Source: Candidatus Altimarinota bacterium (GTDB lineage Bacteria > Patescibacteriota > Gracilibacteria > JBDHUY01). Taken from it: a stretch of DNA of 64,000 bases. The notes beneath the pieces are model-generated. The model was not told the DNA's origin, made no database searches, and worked only from the letters and a program-made list of their open reading frames with translations. Where the stretch lies: NCBI GenBank assembly GCA_039809385.1, contig JBDHUY010000005.1, positions 32,001 to 96,000 on the forward strand, in the 5' to 3' direction. Below, in pieces: positions 1 to 9,160 of the stretch; position 1 is the stretch's first letter; every line of letters begins with the position of its first letter. The position numbers and the translations under genes are program-made.

Positions 1-6
1 GTACCT

Positions 7-3000
7 TTGACCAGTACCAGCACATTTACAGCCCGCGCTACCGATCCAAGCGGGAATTTTACTCTTTCGACTGCCAATGCAACTGTCGGTCTTCGCGACG
101 TGGTTGCTACGGTAGATGGTTCCGGTCCCATGATTTCGGCTCTGACCTCCAGCGGTATTACCACGACTTCCGCCAATATTACCTGGACCACCGATGAAAG
201 CGCTACCAGTCAGGTGGAATATGGAACGAGCGCTTCGTATGGACACATTACTGCTTCTGACGCTACTGCCGATCTTTTGAGTCACGGGGTAACAATTACC
301 GGTCTGGAATGTGGTACTACCTATCATTTTCGAGCCATAAGTGCCGATGCTGAAGGAAATACTACTTTTTCCAGCGATTCTACTTTCACTACGCTGGCTT
401 GTACCGCACCGAGTTTCGATTTTCTGCCAGGCGGCGGGACCCGGATTCAGGAAGACCGGGCCTATAATGCCGGTGTGCTTAACGGAGCTCGCTATACCAT
501 CACGGGAGGTCCTGCCGGTACCAGCGATGCGGTTGATTTCTCTTTGAACGGTTCAAATTTTGCACCAGTAGACAATCCTACCAGTCTGGGACCGGTGAAT
601 GATAATTTTACGCCCGTTACCGGTACCAATACCTATCAGTTACGACTAACCCGCACATTCGCCGATGCGCCCGACGAAGTCTATCTGTCGCAAGTAGTTA
701 CGTTTTATGTCAATCCGTTGAATGCTCCGACCTTTACCTTTAATAGTGGAGCAGGTTTTGCAACTGACGGAGATGCTTTCCCATCCGGAACGATTACCGG
801 AGCCAACTATACCATTACAGATGGTGCTACCGGGTCTAGTCAAGCCGACAGTGTCGAATACTCGCTGAACGGTTCGCCTTTTGCCGCTGTCGACTCTCCG
901 GCTTCACTCGGACCGGTTACCGACGCTTTTACACCAGTTGATGGTGTCAATACCTATCAACTGCGTCTTACCCGTTCCTTTAGCGATGCGCCGACGCTGG
1001 TTTATTATTCCCAGACTCTGACGTTTTACATGAACCCGGCCGATGGTCCGGATTTTACGTTTACCGCACCGACTCCGGGACAAGTCATTCCGTTCCTGTC
1101 GTCTCCGACCGATGTCAGCTGGACCATCACAGGAGGACCGGCCGGAACCGACGAGGTTGAGTACTCGCTCAATGGTTCGACCTTTGCCGACGATGCAGAT
1201 GATCTGAGCCCTACTCCGATAGCTCCGATCGTGGGAGTCAATAGCTTTCAGTTAAAAGTCACCCGTACCCTTACGTCCAACGGACTTCAACAAGTCTACT
1301 ATTCTCAGACCCTGCTCTTTACGGTCGAACCTCCTATCGATGTCACTCCGCCTGCCGGCCTGACTGTGACCAACCCGGCTACGAATATTAATGTCAATGC
1401 CGAGGTCTATCTGGTGCAGGGTACGATCACCGCCGATACCGATAATGTCATTATCCGTCTCTATAGCGACAACGATGATAATGGCTCTATCGATGGTGCC
1501 GATGAAGTTGAGTCCACGGTGATCGTCTATGCCGGTCAGACCAACTGGGGCATTATCGCACCTTTGACGAGTAATTTCGCCAATAATTTTACCGTAACTG
1601 CGGAAGATGCCAGCGGCAATGAGAGTGCTCCGGTGAATGTAAACACGATTAATGAAGTTGACGGTCCGGTTGTGGTGATTACCGCCCCGACTCCGGGAAA
1701 TCCCGCAGTGAGTGGCACGGTTCCGGTAACATTTACGACGAATGGCGGCGCAACCACGGCTGCTGAAATTTCGATTGACGGCGCACCGTTTACTACAACC
1801 GGCGTAACTGACGGAAATCCTGGAACATTTAGTTGGGATACCACACCGTTGCCCAACGGCACTCATACGCTCCAGGTGCGTGATACGGTCAACGGCGTTC
1901 AGGGATATTCTCTGATCGTAGCGGTGGTCGTGAATAACGACAATGTGGCTGTTCCGGTCATAACTTCGCCGACTGCCGGCGCATCGATTGCTCAAAACGG
2001 TACCAACGATACGCCTGTAACATTCACTGTTTCCAACGGTCCGTCTCTGACCGACGAAATCAGCCTCAATGGCTCTGCCTGGGCTGCTTTTACCAGTGGT
2101 TCCAACCTTGGTCCGCTTCAGATTGGTGCCAATACCATCCAGATGCGTTCCAGCAAGACCGTCGGTGGGATCACCCTCTATGGGTATTCCGAAGTCCTGA
2201 CTGTTTACTATGCTGATCAGGATGCCCCTCCGGTACCGGTTATTACTACTCAGGATGCAACGGTTGATGCAGACTTTATTACAATTACCGGTACTGCAGG
2301 TCCCGATACTCCAGTTAATTCGATCCGTACGATTAAAGTAATTCGCCAAGCTCCTGGAACAAATACCGTTGTTGGCACCGCCCAGCTGCGTGCTACGGGT
2401 GGTGGTGCTGGTACGAATTGGTCGGTGGTTGTCCCTTTGATTCCCAACAGTGCCAATCATTTTGTGGCTCGCTCCGTAGATGAGGCTGGCAATGAAAGTG
2501 CTGTTAGCAGTCCCGATTTGGTGATTACCGAACAGGATTTGAATGTCTTTAGCTTTACCAATCCGACTCCCGGTGCGGCTCTGAACGATCCGGTCGGAAC
2601 AACAGATGCAACCTGGAATATTACGATTCCCAACAACTTTGCCGTTGACGATCAGGTTGAGTTCTCCCTGAACGGTTCCGATTGGGCTGACACTGATACC
2701 AACACGAGTGAAGACGATTTGAATACGGTTATTGGTACGAATACCTTACAGCTGCGTGCTACCCTGACAGATGGCAGTTCTACCATTACTGCTTACTCGC
2801 AAGTGCTCACTTTCTATATCAATCCTGAAAATGCTCCCAATGTAAGTTTCGTCAATCCGTCGCCAAACGAAGTGTTTGTTTCGACCGACGATATTGATGC
2901 ATCTTGGACGTTCAGCGCAGCTCCGACCGGCTACACCCAGGGTACGGTTGAGTACTCGTTAAATGGTTCCGACTGGGCAGCGACGACAACTGCGACCACA

Positions 3001-6000
3001 CAAGACGATCTGGATGATGCCGACAATGAAGGTACGAACACCTTCCAGATCCGGGCGGCGTATTCCAGTCTGAGCGGCCCCAGTTTTACCGTATATTCTC
3101 AGGTACTGACGTATTATGTGAACCTGCCGATTGCTCCGACGGTGAGCTTCATCAATCCAAGCGCCGGAGAAGTATTCCTCACGAGTGACGATATCGATGC
3201 CTCTTGGACGTTCAGCGCAGCGCCGGCCGGTTACACCCAGGGAACGGTTGAGTACTCGTTAAACGGTTCCGACTGGGCAGCTGCCACGTCTGCCACGACC
3301 CAGGACGACTTGGACGATATTGATATTGTCGGAACGAATACGTTCCAGATTCGCGCTGCGTACGCCAGTCCGGATGGTCCTGACTTTACCGTCTATTCTC
3401 AGGTTCTTAATTACTATGTGAATCCCGAGAATGCTCCGACGGTCTCCTTTGTCAACCCGTCTCCGAATGAAGTATTTGCTTCAACGGATGATATCGATGC
3501 GAGCTGGACGTTCAGCGCGGCTCCGACCGGTTACACCCAGGGTACGGTTGAGTACTCGCTAAACGGTTCCGACTGGGCAGCCACCACATCCGCTACTACT
3601 CAAGATGACTTGGACGATGCCGATAACGAAGGTACCAATACCTTCCAAATCCGGGCATTCTACACCAGTCCTTCGGGACCGAGCTTGACGACCTATTCGC
3701 AGGTGTTGACCTATTATGTGAACTTACCGATTGCACCTACCGTTACCTTTACGTCTCCTACCCCCGGACAGGTTTTCAGCAATGCCACTGCTTTCAATGG
3801 CGGCTGGACGTTTAGCGCAGCTCCTGCCGGCTATACGCAAGGGGCAGTCGAATACTCGTTGAACGGCTCGGACTGGGCAACTACCACTTCTGCCACCACC
3901 CTTACCGGCTTAAGCGGTCTCGATATTGTGGGAACGAATACTTTCCAGATCCGCGCTCCTTATACAAGTCCCGATGGTCCCGACTTTACGGTTTACTCGC
4001 AAGTATTGACCTATTACGTCAATCAGGCGAATGGTCCAAGCTTTGTTTTCTTCCCTGGCCCAGGTTTAAATCGCGCTTTCCCGGGACAGTCGTATCCGGA
4101 AGGATTCCTCGTCGGTACCCGCTATGCTATTACCGGCGGACCGACCGGAGCTACCAATACAGTAGCTTTCTCGCTCAACGGACTGCCTTTCCTGCCGGTT
4201 GACAGCCCTGCTTCGCTCGGAACCCTTGTTACTCCGACCAATGACAACTTTGGTATCTTGACGCCAAGCCGTGGTACCAATACCTATCAGCTCCGTGTTA
4301 CCCGCACATTCAACGATGCGCCGACCGAGGTATATTACGGTCCGGTCAACACCTTCTATGTCAATCCTGCCGACGGACCTGTTTTTACCTTTATTGGTAA
4401 TGAAAATACTAACAGTCCCGCCCCTGGATTTGCCTATCCTCTGGGACAGATCGTTCAGGTCGATTACGATATTGCCGGCGGGCCGACCGGGTCTCTCTTG
4501 ACGGGCAACAGTGTCGAATTCTCACTCAATGGTTCTCCATTTGCTTTGACCAGCTCTCCGAATTCTTTAGCGGCACAGCAATTGATCACTCCAGTCTTGG
4601 GAACCAACACCTTCCAGTTGAAAGTGACTCGTACCTTCAACGATGCGCCGACACAGGTCTACTATTCCCAAGTACTGAACTTCTTTGTCAATCCGGCTAA
4701 TTCGGCCGATGTGACCTTTACCAGTCCTACGGCCGGTCAGGTTTTCACCGCCAATGACAACTACAACGGTACCGGTTCTTTCATCAATGTTCCGCTGAAC
4801 TATAACCTGAACGTTAACTCCGTTCAGTACTCGCTGAACGGAGCTGATTGGGGTAATGTGAACCTTAATGTCAACGGACTGGATTTCACGATTGACGGAC
4901 TGGATGATATGGATCTGTTCGAGACCAATACCCTACAGGTACGCGGAACATTTACCAGCAGCGGCGGGCCCGATCAGGTTGTCGTCTCTCAGGTTCTCAA
5001 TTATTTCGTGAACGCTCCCGGAGCCCCGACAGTCGATTTTACCAGTCCGCTCCCGGGTTCGGTTCTCAATGAGAACGACAATTACAATGGGACCTGGACG
5101 TTCAGCGATACCCCGGCCAACTATAATCTGAACGCCTCCTCGGTCGAATATAGTGTTAATGGTTCCGCCTGGGCTCCAACGACCGGTACCAATAACCTCG
5201 ATGATCTCGACGATCTCGATACGATCGGCGATAATACCTTCCAGATCAGAGCGCTCTATCAGAGTGCTTCCGGTCCCGATCTCTACGTCTACTCGCAGGT
5301 TTTGCGGTACTTCGTCAATGTGGAAGGCGTCGCCGATGTGGAATTCACCGATCCGACTCCGGGCGAAGTATTTGCCGCCGCCGATGTATACAACGGCAAT
5401 GGAAACTTCAACATCATTTCCGCTAACTACAATCTGAACGCTTCCTCGGTCCAGTTCAGTCTCAACGGTTCTGCCTTTACCTCTGCCGGGATTGCAGTTG
5501 TCGGTAATACTTTTGAGATCAGCGGACTGTCGGCTCTGGACAACTTTGGAACAAATACCGTTCAAGTTCGCGGAACCTTGACCAGTAGTGTCGGTCCGAA
5601 TGTTACTATCTACTCTCCGGTTCTGACTTACTTTGTCAACTCTCCGAACGCTCCTACGGTTACGTTTACCACCCCAATTGCCGGCCAGTCATTTGCCTTT
5701 ACCAGCAACTTCAACGGTCAGTGGACGATTAACGGTATTCCGGGCGGCTATACCCTGAATACCGATACGGTCGAGTACAGTCTGAACGGTTCGGATTTTG
5801 CGCTCGCTACTTCCAATACGACCCTGGCAGGTTTACGCGGACTGAGTATTATCGGTCACAATACCTTCCAGGTACGCGGCGTGCTACACAGTGCTACCGG
5901 TCCCGATATCCTGTTTGCTTCTCAGGTGCTTAACTACTATGTTAATCCGCCCAACGCACCTATCGTTGTGATCACGAATCCGGCTCCGAGCTCTACTGTC

Positions 6001-7257
6001 AACGGCAACATCAACGGAACCTTTACGACCACCAACACAACCAATACCAACAGTGCCGAAATCTCGTTGGATGGAGAGCCCTTCGTCGCAGCAGGATTTG
6101 TGCCCTATAATCTGGCCAATACCGGCGGAAATGGAACCTTTGTTCTGGATACCACATCTCTGTTTAATGGAACACATACGCTGCAGGTCTGCGATACCGA
6201 AAACGGTGTGCGCGGTTGTTCCAACATTATAGCTTTCAAAGTCGACAACGATACCGAAGGTCCCGAGTTTGTCTTCTCTATTCCGGTTACCGGAGCTGTA
6301 CAGCTTTCGGTTCTGGCCGGTAATGTAACGGTTACCTATGACGAGCCTATCGCGATTGCCAATCAGGCCGCCATTACCATCGACGAAGTCGGTGGTGGCA
6401 GCGTCAAGAACGGAAACGCCACGGCACTTGGTAATGTGCTGACGATCCCTTATAACGCGCTCGATTACGGTACTTCTTATGTGGTCACCATTCCAACCGG
6501 AGCTATTCAGGATTTAGTCGGAAACGATGCTGCCCAGGTACAGATCTTCTTCACCACCCAATTGGGCACTGCTCCCGATATTACCGGATTGAGCGTTACG
6601 AACATCAATACCAACTCGGCGGTACTAAACTGGTCGACCGATATCACTCCGGATGCGGGTATGTATCGCGTTTCAACCATAGCCTACGGCGGCACCTGGA
6701 CTCCTCTTACCATCGGCGGCAATAGCGGTACCCAATCTGTTACCAGTCTCGCTCCCAATACGGTCTACTTCTACCAATTCCAGTTTACGAACCAAGGTGC
6801 TACGGTGTTTTCATCGCCCCTGACCTTTACAACCTCGGTAACCAATACCGGAATTGGTGTCGATCTCATCCAGATGACCAAGACCTTTGCGATTGCCGAC
6901 AACACGTATGCCAACGGCTGGTCCTGGAGGTTCAATGTAACGGTATTTGATCCGTCCGAAACTATGCTCAAGATGAAATTCGCTCAGTGGCTGAGCGGGG
7001 TCAATACCCTCGATGCCGCGAACAATATGCGCTACGGTCTCGATCTGAATAATAACGGTGTTCTCGACGGCGGCGACACGATCGTCAATATTACCGCCAA
7101 TGCGGCTTATCCGGCTACCCCGATCAATATCAGTGCGATCGATAATAATCCGCTGGTCGGCGGTCGCCAGGTCAGCATTCTGGTTGAAATGAAAGTTCCT
7201 GCTACAACTCCCGGCGGTTCGTACTCCACCAGCTATGGCATTCAGACTACCCCATAA
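7..7257 (+). CDS. Giant extracellular repeat protein (5' end probably outside window): Fn3, ~15 tandem ~100-aa Ig-like repeats, Big-type domains, distinct C-terminal domain
   Basis: 2416-aa T/N/S/G-rich ORF open from the window edge; Fn3 motif (ITWTTDESATSQVEYGT); recurring EYSLNGS...GTNTFQ...YSQVLTYYVN unit; no SLH or TM anchor at the C-terminus. Confidence 0.85.
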   Translation: MTSTSTFTARATDPSGNFTLSTANATVGLRDVVATVDGSGPMISALTSSGITTTSANITWTTDESATSQVEYGTSASYGHITASDATADLLSHGVTITGLECGTTYHFRAISADAEGNTTFSSDSTFTTLACTAPSFDFLPGGGTRIQEDRAYNAGVLNGARYTITGGPAGTSDAVDFSLNGSNFAPVDNPTSLGPVNDNFTPVTGTNTYQLRLTRTFADAPDEVYLSQVVTFYVNPLNAPTFTFNSGAGFATDGDAFPSGTITGANYTITDGATGSSQADSVEYSLNGSPFAAVDSPASLGPVTDAFTPVDGVNTYQLRLTRSFSDAPTLVYYSQTLTFYMNPADGPDFTFTAPTPGQVIPFLSSPTDVSWTITGGPAGTDEVEYSLNGSTFADDADDLSPTPIAPIVGVNSFQLKVTRTLTSNGLQQVYYSQTLLFTVEPPIDVTPPAGLTVTNPATNINVNAEVYLVQGTITADTDNVIIRLYSDNDDNGSIDGADEVESTVIVYAGQTNWGIIAPLTSNFANNFTVTAEDASGNESAPVNVNTINEVDGPVVVITAPTPGNPAVSGTVPVTFTTNGGATTAAEISIDGAPFTTTGVTDGNPGTFSWDTTPLPNGTHTLQVRDTVNGVQGYSLIVAVVVNNDNVAVPVITSPTAGASIAQNGTNDTPVTFTVSNGPSLTDEISLNGSAWAAFTSGSNLGPLQIGANTIQMRSSKTVGGITLYGYSEVLTVYYADQDAPPVPVITTQDATVDADFITITGTAGPDTPVNSIRTIKVIRQAPGTNTVVGTAQLRATGGGAGTNWSVVVPLIPNSANHFVARSVDEAGNESAVSSPDLVITEQDLNVFSFTNPTPGAALNDPVGTTDATWNITIPNNFAVDDQVEFSLNGSDWADTDTNTSEDDLNTVIGTNTLQLRATLTDGSSTITAYSQVLTFYINPENAPNVSFVNPSPNEVFVSTDDIDASWTFSAAPTGYTQGTVEYSLNGSDWAATTTATTQDDLDDADNEGTNTFQIRAAYSSLSGPSFTVYSQVLTYYVNLPIAPTVSFINPSAGEVFLTSDDIDASWTFSAAPAGYTQGTVEYSLNGSDWAAATSATTQDDLDDIDIVGTNTFQIRAAYASPDGPDFTVYSQVLNYYVNPENAPTVSFVNPSPNEVFASTDDIDASWTFSAAPTGYTQGTVEYSLNGSDWAATTSATTQDDLDDADNEGTNTFQIRAFYTSPSGPSLTTYSQVLTYYVNLPIAPTVTFTSPTPGQVFSNATAFNGGWTFSAAPAGYTQGAVEYSLNGSDWATTTSATTLTGLSGLDIVGTNTFQIRAPYTSPDGPDFTVYSQVLTYYVNQANGPSFVFFPGPGLNRAFPGQSYPEGFLVGTRYAITGGPTGATNTVAFSLNGLPFLPVDSPASLGTLVTPTNDNFGILTPSRGTNTYQLRVTRTFNDAPTEVYYGPVNTFYVNPADGPVFTFIGNENTNSPAPGFAYPLGQIVQVDYDIAGGPTGSLLTGNSVEFSLNGSPFALTSSPNSLAAQQLITPVLGTNTFQLKVTRTFNDAPTQVYYSQVLNFFVNPANSADVTFTSPTAGQVFTANDNYNGTGSFINVPLNYNLNVNSVQYSLNGADWGNVNLNVNGLDFTIDGLDDMDLFETNTLQVRGTFTSSGGPDQVVVSQVLNYFVNAPGAPTVDFTSPLPGSVLNENDNYNGTWTFSDTPANYNLNASSVEYSVNGSAWAPTTGTNNLDDLDDLDTIGDNTFQIRALYQSASGPDLYVYSQVLRYFVNVEGVADVEFTDPTPGEVFAAADVYNGNGNFNIISANYNLNASSVQFSLNGSAFTSAGIAVVGNTFEISGLSALDNFGTNTVQVRGTLTSSVGPNVTIYSPVLTYFVNSPNAPTVTFTTPIAGQSFAFTSNFNGQWTINGIPGGYTLNTDTVEYSLNGSDFALATSNTTLAGLRGLSIIGHNTFQVRGVLHSATGPDILFASQVLNYYVNPPNAPIVVITNPAPSSTVNGNINGTFTTTNTTNTNSAEISLDGEPFVAAGFVPYNLANTGGNGTFVLDTTSLFNGTHTLQVCDTENGVRGCSNIIAFKVDNDTEGPEFVFSIPVTGAVQLSVLAGNVTVTYDEPIAIANQAAITIDEVGGGSVKNGNATALGNVLTIPYNALDYGTSYVVTIPTGAIQDLVGNDAAQVQIFFTTQLGTAPDITGLSVTNINTNSAVLNWSTDITPDAGMYRVSTIAYGGTWTPLTIGGNSGTQSVTSLAPNTVYFYQFQFTNQGATVFSSPLTFTTSVTNTGIGVDLIQMTKTFAIADNTYANGWSWRFNVTVFDPSETMLKMKFAQWLSGVNTLDAANNMRYGLDLNNNGVLDGGDTIVNITANAAYPATPINISAIDNNPLVGGRQVSILVEMKVPATTPGGSYSTSYGIQTTP
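2821..4020 (+). repeat. Four intragenic tandem repeats with an exact 300-bp period
   Basis: tggacgtt(c/t)agcgc recurs at 2905, 3205, 3505 and 3805. Confidence 0.9.
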
Positions 7258-7268
7258 GGATTCTTTCT

Positions 7269-7303
7269 AAACCGGGCCGGTAATAAGCTGACCGGTCCGG
7301 TTT
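7269..7303 (+). terminator. GC-rich hairpin with a weak U tail (partial terminator or mRNA stabiliser)
   Basis: AAACCGGGCCGGT-loop-ACCGGTCCGGTTT just after the stop codon. Confidence 0.55.
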
Positions 7304-7340
7304 GCCCTCACACTTTACTTCTTTGTCGCTCCAACAGTTT

Positions 7341-8786
7341 ATGACACAATCCAGAAAAATATGGGGGCTATGGGGCTTGATGATGTTGCTCTTTGCAATA
7401 TTTTTGCCAAGCATCCAGGCCTCCGAACAGAACGGAACTATCGATACCGGTATCGGTACCGGTATTACCGGTACGGTTGTAGCTGCACCGACTTTTTCTC
7501 CGACACCCGGCTCTTTTTCTTCACCGATTGGCGTGACGATGACAGCTGCCGGTTCTGCGGCTATTTGTTATCGTATCGACGGCACCGATCCTACCTGTAG
7601 CACCACTACAGCCAGTGCTTGCGGCGCCGGATCTACACTCTTTACCGGCCCCGTGACGATTACCAACACAACTACATTTCGGGCTCGTTCGTGCTATGTT
7701 GGTAATTTGAATACGCCCATTGTTTCCTCGCCCGTTTCGACCGCAACCTATACCCGTGCTGCCAGTGGTAGTAGTGGGGGAGGTGGCGGAGGGGGTGGTG
7801 GAGGTGGCGGCGGAGGACCCAGCGCCACCGAAGTCTCGATTGTTGCCAAGGAACCTGCTCCCCTAGCCGGAGATAAACCCCGCGATCAGCGGATTGTTTG
7901 CCGTGCCATGGATAACCAAGCTTCAAATCCCGGTCTGGTGAAAGATACCGCGATCATGACGATAAACGGCCAGACCGTGACTCCGACTCTGGTGGTAGTC
8001 CAAAACGGGGGAAATTCAAACGCTAACGGAATTCTCCATTCTATCAAAGTTCTGGATATGATCTATGAGCCGGGATCAAATCTATTGCCCGGCGGAAGTC
8101 TGATTTCTGTCTATTGCGAAATTAAAACCGCCAACGATAAAAAAGGTGCCGTTACCTTTCAATTTACTACCGGCGGGGCTGTGAGTGGACAGCAAAACGG
8201 TAATACGAACGGCGGTGGAGGAGTCGGCGGTGAAACATTTAATGATACTACCGGACATTTTGCCGAAGATTATATCGAAGAGTTGTATAAACAGTGTGGC
8301 GTATTAGGGTATAAAGATTTGGATGGAAATCTTTTGCATGAATATCGGCCCAATAATTCAATCTCGCGTGCCGAGTTTGTAAAAATGGTCGTCGGCTGCC
8401 GTCCATGTGCCGTAGGAGAGACTGACGGCGTGGCTTCGTTTCCAGACGTTCCCTCGACTCACTGGGCTTACGATTCAGTGATATGTGCCAAAAAACGGGG
8501 TATCGTGGAGGGATTTAAAGATGGTACCTTCCGCCCTGACCAGTTCATCACTCGTGCCGAAGCGACCAAAGTATTGGAGTACTTCAAAGGATTCACCGAG
8601 CTTTTGATCGCAGTTAATATTTTCTCGGACGTGAATTCCGGCGACTGGTTTTACGGAATCATTCTCCATGCCTTGGCCCAGGCGCACGTGAAGGGATATC
8701 CCGACGGTACTTTCCGGCCCAACCGCAATGTAACTCGCGGAGAAACGGCCGTTTTGATTGGAAGAATCTTGCTGGGATTGCCCTAG
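7341..8786 (+). CDS. Secreted SLH-domain protein with an Fn3-associated/chitobiase-C-like domain and a poly-Gly linker
   Basis: Signal peptide; APTFSPTPGSF...ICYRIDGTDP domain; three SLH repeats (GFKDGTFRPDQFITRAE, GYPDGTFRPNRNVTRGE). Confidence 0.85.
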   Translation: MTQSRKIWGLWGLMMLLFAIFLPSIQASEQNGTIDTGIGTGITGTVVAAPTFSPTPGSFSSPIGVTMTAAGSAAICYRIDGTDPTCSTTTASACGAGSTLFTGPVTITNTTTFRARSCYVGNLNTPIVSSPVSTATYTRAASGSSGGGGGGGGGGGGGGPSATEVSIVAKEPAPLAGDKPRDQRIVCRAMDNQASNPGLVKDTAIMTINGQTVTPTLVVVQNGGNSNANGILHSIKVLDMIYEPGSNLLPGGSLISVYCEIKTANDKKGAVTFQFTTGGAVSGQQNGNTNGGGGVGGETFNDTTGHFAEDYIEELYKQCGVLGYKDLDGNLLHEYRPNNSISRAEFVKMVVGCRPCAVGETDGVASFPDVPSTHWAYDSVICAKKRGIVEGFKDGTFRPDQFITRAEATKVLEYFKGFTELLIAVNIFSDVNSGDWFYGIILHALAQAHVKGYPDGTFRPNRNVTRGETAVLIGRILLGLP

Positions 8787-8817
8787 TACGGAACTTTTCT
8801 TTTATAGTACTCTTTCC

Positions 8818-8845
8818 AAAAAGACCCGCCGCGGCGGGTCTTTTT
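8818..8845 (+). terminator. Rho-independent terminator
   Basis: AAAAAGACCCGCC-GC-GGCGGGTCTTTTT. Confidence 0.85.
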
Positions 8846-9160
8846 GTGTATACATTTTCTTGAAACAAAATTAGTTGAAAAGCGTTTAACAGGTGTTGTT
8901 GCCGTTCGATATGTAAATCAAACTTTACACTTTTCTCAAGCCAAAAATAGCTTGCGTGGAACCGGATTTTTGCTACAGTAATCTCTAGTCTTTGGCACGA
9001 TAGAAACTATACTCTGCTAACTTGAAACATCAGCATGGTTGAGGCCGACAGTAATTTTTTAGTTCTTTCCTTTTTATTTTCACCAAAAAGAAAATAGGCT
9101 GTGTCTATTTCTTTTTATACGATCTTTTTATTTTTTTATTTCATTATTTTTTCATCTTGT

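Noticed and set aside
1252-2460. 402-aa antisense ORF, and similar shadow ORFs across large genes
   Set aside because: Explained by the codon bias of the overlapping sense gene; no protein motifs.
8985-9056. c-di-GMP-like riboswitch upstream of the adhesin gene
   Set aside because: A CTAAC...CATGG receptor-like pattern is present, but the conserved GEMM stems and linker motifs could not be matched by eye; an Rfam scan is needed.
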